Shown piece after piece: positions 12,691 to 23,605 of a stretch of 64,000 bases of DNA. The DNA lies in contig JBNRSN020000007.1 in NCBI GenBank assembly GCA_051313645.2, forward strand, positions 261,516,001 through 261,580,000, in the 5' to 3' direction. This DNA comes from Centroscyllium fabricii (taxonomy: Eukaryota). Made by a program: the position numbers and the translations under genes. Every line of letters begins with the position of its first letter. Position 1 is the stretch's first letter. Below the pieces are notes generated by a model. The model worked only from the letters and a program-made list of their open reading frames with translations. It did no database searches and was not told where the DNA came from.

Positions 12691-12721
12691 AGTCCATTGA
12701 TTTTTTTTTTTATTCGTTTGA

Positions 12722-13107
12722 GGGCAGCACGGTGGCACAGTGGTTAGCACTGTTGCCTCACAGCACTGGAGACCCGGGTTCAAATCCAGCCTCGGGTACT
12801 ATCTGTGTGGAGTTTGCACATTCTCCCCGTGTCTGCGTGGGTTTCCTCCGGGTGCTCCGGTTTCCTCCCACAGTCCAAAGATGTGCGGGTTAGGTTGATT
12901 GGCCATGACAAATTGACCCTTAATGTTAGGGGGATTGAATATGTGGGGTTACGGGGATAGGGTGGGATATGTGTTGATGCAGGCTAGAGAGGGATATAGG
13001 GAGAGGGCAGGGGCGGGGTACTGGGTTTGGATGATCAGCCACGATCTCATTGAATGGCGGAGCAGGCTCGAATGGCCTACTCCTGCTCCTAGTTTTTATG
13101 TTTCTAT
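12722..13107 (+). mobile_element. HE1-like V-SINE
   Basis: tRNA-like head with A/B boxes, V-domain GTGTGGAGTTTGCACATTCTCCCCGTGTCTGCGTGGGTTTCCTCCGGGTGCTCCGGTTTCC, CR1-like tail. Confidence 0.9.
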
Positions 13108-13500
13108 CTGAGCGTCCCTGGCAAGGCCAGCATTTATTGCCCATCCCCAGTTGCCCTTGAGAAGGTGGTGAGCCGCCGCCTTGAACCGCTGCAGTCCGTG
13201 TGGTGATGGTACTCCCACAGTGCTGTTAGGGAGTGAGTTCCAGGATTTTGACCCAGCGACGAAGGATCGGCGATATACTTCTACGTCAGGATGGTGTGTG
13301 ACTTGGAGGGGAACTTGGAGGTGGTGGTGTTCCCATGCGCCTGCTGCACTTGTCCTTCTAGGTGGAAGAGGTCACGGGTTTGGGAGGTGCTGTTGAAGAA
13401 GCCTTGGCGAGTTGCTGTAGTGCATCTTGTAGATGGTACACACTGCAGCCACAGTACGCCGGTGGTGGAGGGAGTGAATGTTTAAGGTGGTGGATGGGGT
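13108..13500 (-). mobile_element. LINE 3' end (tail at 12700-12721 split off by the SINE); tail shared with SINE family 2
   Basis: TTGCCCTTGAGAAGGTGGTGAGCCGCC..TTGAACCGCTGCAGTCC also occurs in SINEs at 44.3 and 53.3 kb; upstream YTIYKMHC-like coding remnant. Confidence 0.75.
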
Positions 13501-13641
13501 GCAATCTGGGCTCATGCAAAATAAATGGGCACTTGAATGAGGTAGCAAAATTTGGCCAGCTTTTCTGGAAGCTTCTGAATCTAATCAGCATCTTCAGGAC
13601 AGCAGGAAGAAAATTTGTGTGGGGGAGTGCAGATACTTTTA

Positions 13642-14716
13642 CATGGAAACATAGAAGATAGGAGCAGGAGTAGGCCATTCAGCCCCTCGAGCCTGCTCCG
13701 CCATTCAATGAGATCATGGCTGATCATCCAAACTCAGTACCCTGTCCCTGCCTTCTCCACATATCCCTTAGCCTTAAGAAATATATCCAACTCCTTCTTG
13801 AATATATTTAATGAATTGGCCTCTATGGCTTTCTTTGGTAGCGAATTCCACAGGTTCACCACTCTCTGGGTGAAGAAATTCCTCCTCATCTCAGTCCTAA
13901 ATGGCTTACCCCTTATCCTTAGTCTGTGACCCCTGGTTCTGGACTCCCTGACCCTCGGGAACATCCTGCATCTAGTCTGTAGTCCAGCGAGTGTAAGCCC
14001 AATTGACGCAATCTCTCCTCATACGTCATTCCTGCCATCCCAGGTATCAACCTGGTGAATCTTCGCTGCACTCCCTCCATGGCAAGAACATCCTTCCTCA
14101 GATAAGGTGACTAAAACTGTACACAATACTCAAGATGTGGTCTCACCAAGGCCCTGTACAACTGCAGCAAGACATCCTTGTTTCTGTACTCAAACTCTCT
14201 CGCTACGAAGGCCAACATACCGTTTGCCTTCTTAACCGCCTGCTGCACCTGCATGCTTACCTTCAGTGACTGGTGCACAAGGACACCCAGGTCCCGTTGT
14301 ACCTCCCCTTCTCCCAATCTATTACCATTCAGATAATTTGCCTTTCTGTTTTTGACACCAAACTGGATAACCTCGCATTTATCCACGTTTTATTGCATCT
14401 GCCATGCTTCTGCCCACTCACCCAACCTGTCCAAATCATACTGGAGTTTCTCGGCATCCTCCTCGCAGCACACACGCCCACCCAGCTTTGTGTCATCTGC
14501 AAACTTGGAGCTATTACATCTAGTTCCCTCGTCTAGATCATTAATATATATTGTGAATAGTTGGGGTCCTAGGACCGATCCCTGCGGTACCCCACTAGTC
14601 ACTGCCTGCCACTCAGAAAAAGACCCGTTTATTCCAACTCTTTGCTTTCTGTCTGCCAACCAGTTCTCTATCCAAGTCAGTGCCTTCCCCCCCAATCCCA
14701 TGTGCTTTAACTTTAA
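13642..14716 (-). mobile_element. CR1/HER1-like LINE, 5'-truncated (RT C-terminal half)
   Basis: ORFs with [61 protein letters not shown]; TTCTATGT-type tail. Confidence 0.95.
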
Positions 14717-15940
14717 CATAGAAACATAGAAGATAGGAGCAGGAGTAGGCCATTCAGCCCCTTGAGCCTGCTCCGCAATTCGATGAGATCATGGCTGATC
14801 ATCCAAACTCGGTACCCCGTGATGTAATAAATGAGTCTTATACATCAGTAACTTTAAAGTAAAGTTTTAATCTACTATATTGTCACTATATTTACAAAGG
14901 TGGGTTTTACCATGCTTCCAGGTGAAGCATCCACCCCATACTGAGCAGTTCCAGTATTTATACTATCTGGGCACAGGAAGCGACATGTACAGAGTTCACC
15001 ATTCAACCTTCCCCCGGAAGTTTGTTCAATATCACCACACCCTGTACCTGCCTTCTCCTCATATCCCTTGATACCTTTAGCTCTAAGAACAATATCTAAC
15101 TGCTCCTTGAATATATTTAATGACTTGGCCTCAACTACATTCTGTGGTAGAGAATTCCACAGGTTCACCACTCTCTGGGTGAAGAAATTCTTCCTCATCT
15201 CTGTCCTAAATGGCCTACCCCTTACCATTAGTCTGTGCCCCTGGTTCTGAACTTTATAGGTTTCAATGAGATCCCCTCTCATTCTTCTAAACTCTAGCGA
15301 GTACAAGCCCAATCGACCCAATCTCTCCTCATACGTCATTCCTGCCATCCTAGGTATCAGCCTTGTGAACCTTCGCTGAACTCCTTCCATGGCAAGAACA
15401 TCCTTCCTCAGATAAGGCGACCAAAACTGCACACAGTACTCAAGGTGTGGTCTCACCAAGGCCCTGTACAACTGCAGCAGGACATCCTTGTTCCTGTACT
15501 CGAATCCTTTCGCTATGAAGGCCAACATACCATTTGCCGCCTGCTGCACCTGCATGCTTACCTTCAACGACTGGTGCACAAGAACACCCAGGTCTCATTG
15601 CACTTCCTCGTCTCCCAATCTATTTCCATTCAGATAATAGTCTGCCTTTCTGTTTTTGACACCAAAGTGGATAACCTTGCATTTATCCACGTCATATTTA
15701 CACGCTAATCTCTTATGCGGGACCTTATCGAAAGCCTTTTGAAAGTCCAAATCCACCACATCCACTGGTTCCCTCATCTATTTTACCAGTTACATCCTTA
15801 AAAAATTCCAGTAGATTCGTCAAGCATGACTTACCCTTTGTAAATCTATGTTGACTTTGTCCGGAATCTGTTCACTGTTTTCCAAGTGCTCTGCTATTAC
15901 ATCTTTTATAATAGAATCTAGCATTTTCCCCACTACCGAT
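14717..15940 (-). mobile_element. CR1/HER1-like LINE fragment with internal deletions and a solo-LTR insertion
   Basis: LDFQKAFDKVPH, RPHLEYCVQFWSPYLRKD; tail at 14717. Confidence 0.93.
14820..15039 (-). mobile_element. Solo LTR (220 bp)
   Basis: Minus strand reads TGTGGTG...TACATCA; 5-bp TSD CCCCG/CCCTG; splits the CR1 tail. Confidence 0.8.
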
Positions 15941-16194
15941 GTAGCATTAAAATCAGGTCAGTTTTTAAAATTGTATATTTCATTTCCTCTACTGACCGTG
16001 CATAAATCAGATAATCCAGTCAGCATCTTCCAACTACATGAATTTCCTTTCCATGTAAGGGTCAACTTGTTGGCTTCTGCCAATTTGCACTATATATTTC
16101 CAGATTATTTTGCGGGGGGTTAATGGATTATTCAGAACAAATTCTGTACATATTTTGTGAGGCCCCCCCCCCCCCCAAGTTCTCCCTGTTCATC

Positions 16195-16530
16195 ACACTG
16201 GAAATCAAATTGGAGAGACTCGAACAGGAAGATGCAGGAAAGTCACCTACGAATTTGGGAGGCAACAACAAGGACTTTGCAGAGCAATGGGAGGTTGGCG
16301 TTGAGGCGATAGTTGGCAAGGACAGAGAGGTCGAGAGTGGATTTTTTGAGGGGTCAGTACCTGAAGAGAGGCAACCATTTACAACGTCAGCTAGCATGGG
16401 TGCCAAGGAGAAATTTGGGTCGTCAGCAGTTTAGTGGGAATGGGTCTCGTGGGTAGGATGAGCTTGGAGAGGGCACAAGGGGAGTTGGGAGAAAACCGTG
16501 CTCGGGCTGGGTCGCTGAACAATCTACAGT
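16195..16530 (-). mobile_element. Degraded L2 LINE RT fragment
   Basis: Frameshifted DPIPTKLL..LAPMLADVVNGCLSSG..KKSTLDLSVLANYR-like peptides. Confidence 0.7.
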
Positions 16531-17494
16531 ATGCGTGCAGACATTAGTGGTGCAAAGCATCAGCATTCCAGGACCTGATTTTTCAGCACCATATTCAACA
16601 AGGAATTGTCAATGTTATTTCAGTTACTACAACATCAGTGTGTTTGGAAAATACATTTAAGTCATACAACGTGCTTCAACAAACCAAAATGATTGATTAT
16701 AGAAATGACTGTCTATATAATTTGACATGCATTATACACCAAGCAAAACAGACTTTAACACAGGAATTGACTACAATTAAAACTCTTACTATTTTTAGGT
16801 GTATCCAAATTTAATTTTAATGAAACTCAGTTTCTGTTCTTGCCCACCATAGTGTATGCATCAAAAAACAAATTAAATTAATAGAATTGAAAAAAAACTT
16901 GAACTGCTGTTGCGTCCTATAGAGTGGTAGTGAATTGTGTAAATAATTGTGTTCTCAGTTAACCTCATTTTTAGTCCTTGACTTGCTTGAGTTTTAGTGA
17001 TGTTCCAAGTAAAAACTGACTTGCGCTGATGACCTCCAAATTTAAACAGGGGGGTTCACTTTTTTCCTGATTTCTGTTTTGGGTTTTGATGCTAAAAATA
17101 GAACCCAAAAACATCCCAAAAGCCCGTGGTTAATTTTTTTTAAAAAAATCAGTAATAAAAACTTTATAAATAAGACTTTAGTGGTCCTTGTCTAAATCGT
17201 ATTGAGCCACTGCACCTCCTCCTCTGCTGCCATGTCATATTCTTGCTAGTCCCATGAGTGAACTTTTTTCTGAGGACCATATCTGTATTTGGTGTATTTG
17301 CTTAAATTGTTTCCATCTTAATTAGGTTTGAGTCTGACTTTGCAGTTTTTCAAAACCCTGCTTTGAACTTTCCATCCACAACAAGAAGCCCTTTCTTTGC
17401 AGTTAATGCCTTTTTCTGAAAACATTGTCAAGTTCCAAGGAAGGTTTGGGGAGGAGGCTCCATCAGTTCAAAGAGCTGATGTTTGCTGACCAGT

Positions 17495-17820
17495 TGGGAA
17501 GGGGGTACGCGTCCAGCTGCGTAAACCGGTTGATGGGCTGACTATAGTCGATGACCATGCGGTGCTTCTCGCCAGTCTTTACGACCACCACTTGGGCTCT
17601 CCAGGGGCTGGTGCTAGCCTCAATGATCCCCTCCTTCAGGAGCCGCTGCACCTCTAACTTGATAAAGTTTCTGTCCCTGATACTGTACCGCCTACGCTTG
17701 GTGGCGACTGGCTTACAGTCTGGGGTGAGATTAGTGAACAGCGGAGGAGGGGTGACTTTAAGGGTCGAAAGGCTGCAGATGGTGGGTGCGTGGCAACGGG
17801 TCCCGGGGCGGCAGCGTGCT
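17495..17820 (-). mobile_element. Isolated Gypsy pol fragment (protease-RT junction / RT N-terminus)
   Basis: PVATKRRRYS..FIKLEVQRLLKEGIIEASTSPWRAQVVVVK..RMVIDYSQPINRFTQLDAYPLP. Confidence 0.9.
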
Positions 17821-18404
17821 TGCCTTTTGTAATTGAGCTGCACTCTAGGTTTTCCCTGCTCTCTCCACCACTGCATGACAAGGGGGCAGGGTAAGAAACA
17901 CATGCTGCATTGAGGAAGACTTGTATTTTGTTTAATACAGCAACTAAAGTGCTATTCCTTGGAAATCAAGTCTGCACTAACATCTCCTCACCCTCCCCAA
18001 ACATAACTGCAAAAGGGGGAGTGTGAAGTCAGCGGAAAGGAAATTCGGGCAAAATGTACAACGGGCAGCCGATCTGATACTGCCAGTTATTCCCACGGGC
18101 TTTAAATAGAAAGTGGACCACCTCAACATGGAATCTGAATCTGACATTGGGCATGTTCAGTTTGAACCCGTAATATTAATGAATATGAAATTAGATATGG
18201 TGAACTGCTGTGGTGACGATTCTAATTCTGTATGCGCTGTTTTCATTGTCTACTTCTGCCATCAAGAGCAGCTTTTGCGTGGTGCTTGAATTCCTTGTGT
18301 CCTAAGAAAATCCAGCCCTTTTTTTCTCTTCCTGTTCTGCACAAATATATCGTGAAATTAAGATATAATATTTAATGCTTAGTAAGTAGAACAAGTATTA
18401 AAAA

Positions 18405-18860
18405 AGACAATATTTGGTTGGAGTTAAGAAACAATAAAGGAGTTATTACTCTACTGGGTGTATTTTATAGGGCACCAAATACAGGAAACTCGATTTACCA
18501 GCACCTAAATAACCGGAAATCTGTTAACCGGCAAAATTCAGGAATAGGTTCAGATAAGGCTGTACTGGCTGTATTAAACAAAATACAAGTCTTCATATTA
18601 GTGGCCGTTCCTGGATCTGTGGCCGTGTAGCCGGGGTTCCTGCACCTGTTGCTAAGCAACAGGGACACTTGGATTTGTTGTTGTGTACGGGGGCGCTCAT
18701 ACTTTTTAACTATACCTCTCTGTAATCCGGACTTTTTGATAAACCGGCACCACGTCGGTCCCGGATAAAAAAGAGTTTCCTGCAGTGGGAAGGAGATGAA
18801 GGAACAGATTTGTAAAGAAATTACTGATTGGCGCAAGAACTATAGAGTAGTGATAATGAC
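18405..18860 (+). mobile_element. CR1 endonuclease fragment split by a MITE
   Basis: IWLELRNNKGVITLLGVFYRAPN | GKEMKEQICKEI..YRVVIM rejoins across the insertion. Confidence 0.75.
18482..18782. mobile_element. Tigger-like MITE family B
   Basis: TIR CAGGAAACTC / GAGTTTCCTG, TA left flank; sister copy at 41181. Confidence 0.8.
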
Positions 18861-20246
18861 CGTCACAGACTCTTAAGTCAAACGGCCTCCTTCTGTGCTG
18901 TACTATTTTACAATTCTGTGACCTGCTCAGTGTTCGTGGTGAGGCAGGCTCACTATTGCTAATTCAGGAAAGAAAAACTTGTACCCAATGGATCTTAACC
19001 TTCTTGTTCAGACTTTCTGAGCAAAAGGATTGCTGAGACTGTTGAACTGTACTTCACATTGCTGCAATGAATGAGATCTCTACATTCACACCTTCCTTTC
19101 CTTCATAAAATGCCTGTTCTACAATAACAGCAGCCATTCTGTTAGAGTTTCAAGTATATTAGGTGACCCCTACAGGGCACTTGTAGTACTTCACAGTTTC
19201 CCTCAACATTACTTCGGCCAAACATGCTTGCTGCTGCCTTAATACCTAAATGGCTAGATCTCTCATCTTCCAAAATATCCCTACATGGGAACGTTATTCG
19301 TGGCATGTGGCGAATGAAGGAAGGAAGGTAGATTATTCTCTTTGAATGCATTAATTCCTCATTGTTTCATTTGAGGTTCTTTGTATGTTTGCTTTTCTAA
19401 CCTCTTCCCTTCAGGACTTTTGTCAAGCGCACGGTCTTTTCTGTTGTTCTTGGGTATTGCACGTTCAAACTACAGTATTTTCTAATCGCAAATTGAATTA
19501 ATTTTGAAAATGGTGATGCTTTTTGCCTTCATTTTACAGATGGTTTTAGTCAGAAAACTGGACTGTGGAGGATTGCTATGTAGTGTGTAGAAAGGTGCAT
19601 TTAGAACAGATATTTTGTTTTTAACTACCTGTGGGATTGATTAGGTTGTCCATGATATGTCAACGGTCACTTGATTTGAAGAGAAATGGTATTCCAAAAG
19701 TTGAATTTAGTATTGTATATGCAGATAGATAGCACTAACAGACACAGCTGCATGAGGGCACTGTGGACAAATCGCATAGCGAGTCTGATCCTGCGTCATG
19801 GAGATCCGGGCGGGTCCCCTGTTTGATTCATGGCTTTCTTGAGTCGTGATAGTAAGGTTGCAGCATTTGGCCTCCAATATTAAAAATGCAATGGTCTCTG
19901 CCTCAACTGCTCCCTGTGACACAGCATTCCATGTTCCAACAAATCTGTGTGAAGAAATTTCTCCTAACCTCTCCCCACTCTCTGGTAGTTTTGAATTGAT
20001 GACCATTCATCACTGGCTACAGAGGGGCAAATCAGCTTGGATTATTCCTCCTGAGTACTGTATAGTTCCCTCTGCTGCAATGTGTAAGTCTGAATGTATG
20101 CTGAGGACAGGACTTGGCTCAAGTACAAAACAACTTGCAGTCAAATTGCCTGATGTCCGCACTGATTCTCGCACATGAAAAAGGCCCAGTGGGGTAAGGT
20201 ACTGAAATTGCTCTTGGCACTCACTGTACTCCATCATTAGTCAGGA

Positions 20247-20832
20247 GATTAGATTAGATTAGATTAGATTAGATTCAAATTTATTGTCGTTGTACAGTGA
20301 AACACAATACAACGAAATGTACACTTGCAAACCACCCAAAAAACGATGCAGATGTCAAAATGTCCATTGCTACAAGTCCCAGACTGTTCAACTCCATGTT
20401 GGCCCTGGTGCTCCGACCACGCAGGCTCCGGCGCTCCGAACTCGCCGACCCCCGACGCTACGACCACCTCGGTGACCACGCAGGCACCGGCACTCCGACT
20501 CTGCAGGCCCCAGTGCTCTGAGCTCGCCGACCTCGGCGCTCCGAACTCGCCGACCTCCGACCACCTCGGTGACCACGCAGGCACCGGTGCTCCGACTCTC
20601 CAGGCACCGGTGCTCCGAACCCGCCGACCTCGGGCGCTCCGACCCCGGAGACCACACAAGCACTGGCGCTCCTCAGAGCTCCAGAAGGTCCGTTGTTCCA
20701 ACACGCCGGCCCCCGCCGAGCGAACAAACCCGGAACCGCCAGCGGACAGCACCGTCCCGGGAGACGCAGAGCCGCTGCGTGTACACGCGCCGCCATCTTG
20801 GTCCCGCTCCCGGAAGTAGAGGCTCCGTGCCC
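20247..20832 (-). mobile_element. 586-bp non-autonomous retroposon with (AATCT)n tail
   Basis: 9-bp TSD TAGTCAGGA (20238-20246, 20833-20841); minus-strand GACAATAAA then microsatellite tail; CpG-rich internal repeats. Confidence 0.85.
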
Positions 20833-21028
20833 TAGTCAGGAAAGGAGGAGAGAGAACTCAATCGAAAGGGGAGAGGAGCAACAATTTAATAGCGTATCTC
20901 GCTTCATAATTCAGATGAGAACAGATTTTTTTGTTTTTAACTTTAACCTGTGAGTTTGATGAGGTTGTCCATGCTGTGTCAAAGATCACTTGATTTGATT
21001 GATTAGGTTGCTGTTTATACTTTTGCAG

Positions 21029-21181
21029 AACCAAAACGCAAACCCGCGACCGACCGCGCAAGATTTAGCTGGCTTCTGGGACATGCTGCAGCTTTCCATT
21101 GAAGACATTAGCTTGAAGTTTGATGAACTTTATCATCTTAAGACTAATGACTGGCAACTAGTTGAAATGCCAGAAAAGAAG
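21029..21181 (+). CDS. DLGAP4: DLGAP4 penultimate coding exon
   Basis: NQNANPRPTAQDLAGFWDMLQLSIEDISLKFDELYHLKTNDWQLVEMPEKK; TTTTGCAG| acceptor; donor is AAG|GCAAGT (GC type). Confidence 0.93.
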
Positions 21182-22045
21182 GCAAGTTATCGTTTTATCT
21201 AATAATTTGGGAAGTGAGAATGAATTAATAGTTATAAGCCTTTGAAGACTGCAGTAGTATTTCTGTGCCAGTCTGACAATTACTCTTGTGTGGAGAAATG
21301 CTCCATGGCAACATAAATATACAGGCGATTCTTCTATTTTATAATAGATGTTTCAGAAACTGTATTCGAAAGAAATGCAAATTAATATGCGCACTTGAGT
21401 TTAACTTGGTCTGTACATCCCTCTAATATCAAGGGGGAGGGGTGACTGAAACTTGTATGGTGGTTTGTCTTCAAATTGGCTTAGTTTGCATTATAAATGA
21501 CCTGACATTACTGTTGTAGCATAAGTATTCCTCTCCCAAGTCATGAAAAGATAAAACTTTCATATGGCAGTGATAAGCATTCAGCAAAAAATACCCACCC
21601 ATTAACTAACGGAACACCATACTGTGACACCACAGAGAAGAATTGTCATTTTAGGTTGCATTGAGGTTCGGTTCATGTGCAGCTGATACAAGTTATGGGC
21701 TTCGTCAACTAATGATTAAAAAGAGAGCAATAGCCTTTTCATTGCTGGATGCCAGGCCTAAGCTGCCAATCATTTAAATAACACTGGATACATTGTATAC
21801 TGGCTAAATAATTTACATCTAAAGTTCTTAAACCTCAGCATTTAATTTCCCTTTCTATATTTTAATCTGTTGCATTGCGAAATTGAAAACCTATTCAATA
21901 GTTTAGGTTTATTGAAAACATGATTTTTCATCCTGTCTGCACAGAAGTCTCCCATACTAGGTACTGTATATGGTTAGCAGAGATGTGGTATAATACCCAC
22001 TGGGTAAATGCTTTTAACAGTAAAACTGATCAAAATGTCGCAATT

Positions 22046-22447
22046 ATAGAATCATAGAAGATGGGAGCAGGAGTAGGCCATTCGGCCCCTCGAGCCTGCT
22101 CTGCCATTCAACGAGATCATGGCTGATCATCCAAACCCAGCACCCTGTCCTTGCCTTGTCCCCATATCCCTCGATCCCTATTGAGCCTGCACCGACACAT
22201 ATCCCACCCTATCCCCGTAACCCTATATATTCAATCCCCCTAACACTAAGGGTCAATTTATCCTGGCCAATCAACCTAACCCGCACATCTTTGGACTGTG
22301 GGAGGAAACCGGAGCACCCGGAGGAAACCCACGCAGACACGGGGAAAATGTGCAAACTCCACACAGATAGTACCCGAGGCCGGATTTGAACCCGGGTCTC
22401 CAGTGCTGTGAGGCAACAGTGCTAACCACTGTGCCACCGTGCCGCCC
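22046..22447 (-). mobile_element. HE1-like V-SINE, full length
   Basis: Reverse complement of the 12722 element. Confidence 0.92.
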
Positions 22448-22520
22448 AAATTAATCCCATACGCCTAGTGTTTAACTCTTCAGCAAAGTTTCACATTCTT
22501 TTGAAATAATGATACTGTAC

Positions 22521-22667
22521 TAAAAACAGAAAATGCTGGAAACACTCAGCAGGTCAGGCAACATCTGTGGTAGGGTTAACATTTCAGGTCAATGACTGTC
22601 AGAACCACAAAAGGTCATCAACCTGAAATGTTTCCAGCATTTTTTGTTTTTATTTCAGTACCTGGCA
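22521..22667. mobile_element. Penelope-like terminal repeat family B, degenerate inverted pair
   Basis: AAAACAGAAAATGCTGGAAACA...CATTTCAGGTC facing AGGTCATCAACCTGAAATG..TCCAGCATTTT. Confidence 0.7.
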
Positions 22668-23386
22668 CTTGAAATGCTTCAAGGCACGAACATTACAGTT
22701 ACAGTGGAAATGCAGTCTAAATCCAGGTAGGACCTGATCTTGCTCCAGAGCAAAATGGAGTGAGACTCCAAGAAGAGGAAGTGTCGCATTGTACTCTGGC
22801 CAGGGCCCAACTCCGGATTTGCACTGTGTCGGTTGATCATCTGTGCAAAGCTGGAACCATTTTGCATCAACGTTAAACTTGAATAGTAAATGCACCGTAA
22901 TAAACAATGAAGTGAAACCAGTTTTTCTCATGCACAACTGTTCTGGAAGTTCTGAAAACTCTGTTTATTTGATTGGATGTCTTCCACACTTGCAGGGGAA
23001 GCTCTGGAAATGAGTGGTAGCAGAGCGGTTTTACTACCTAGTCTTACCTGGTGGTGGCATCGTTTTGTTTTCTGCCTTTGCCTCTGTGATTGGTGCTGCT
23101 CCCATCCATACTTGAGATGGGGGAGGGAGGTCACTACAGTAGGCAGAGCATTTGGAAACTGCCAACGTTTGGTTGTGCTTGCTGCAGCTTTCCTCGGTAT
23201 GACCAAATTGCTGCTGATTTCAGTGCTTCTGTTAGCAGCTGAGTCTAATACAATTGGGGCAAATAATACAAAAACAAATCCTGCCAAACCTTTTGGCACA
23301 TGACTCGAATACAGCAAACTATCATCTTGATTTGGATAACAGCATCCGTTCTAATAGTTGCTTTTTCTTTTTTTCAACCCCTCAAG

Positions 23387-23605
23387 GAAGAGAAAAAGCT
23401 GCCCCCTCCAGTGCCAAAGAAGCCAGCAAAGGTTAAGACTCCTTTAAATCGTGAGAAACTGACTGATTCAGCAGACAAGCAACGCCAGGAAGCTCGCAAG
23501 CGATTAATGGCAGCCAAGCGAGCTGCGTCTGTACGGCAGAACTCTGCAACAGAGAGCGCAGATAGTATTGAGATATATGTCCCTGAGGCACAGACCCGGC
23601 TGTGA
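23387..23605 (+). CDS. DLGAP4: DLGAP4 terminal coding exon ending in PDZ ligand QTRL
   Basis: EEKKLPPPVPKKPAK...RQNSATESADSIEIYVPEAQTRL-stop; acceptor CTCAAG| at 23385-23386. Confidence 0.96.
   Translation, partial: EEKKLPPPVPKKPAKVKTPLNREKLTDSADKQRQEARKRLMAAKRAASVRQNSATESADSIEIYVPEAQTRL

Noticed and set aside
12722-12790. tRNA-like sequences here and at other SINE heads
   Set aside because: A/B boxes belong to SINEs; no complete cloverleaf
20264-20953. Cluster of six-frame ORFs
   Set aside because: Product of CpG-rich internal repeats of the TSD-flanked retroposon
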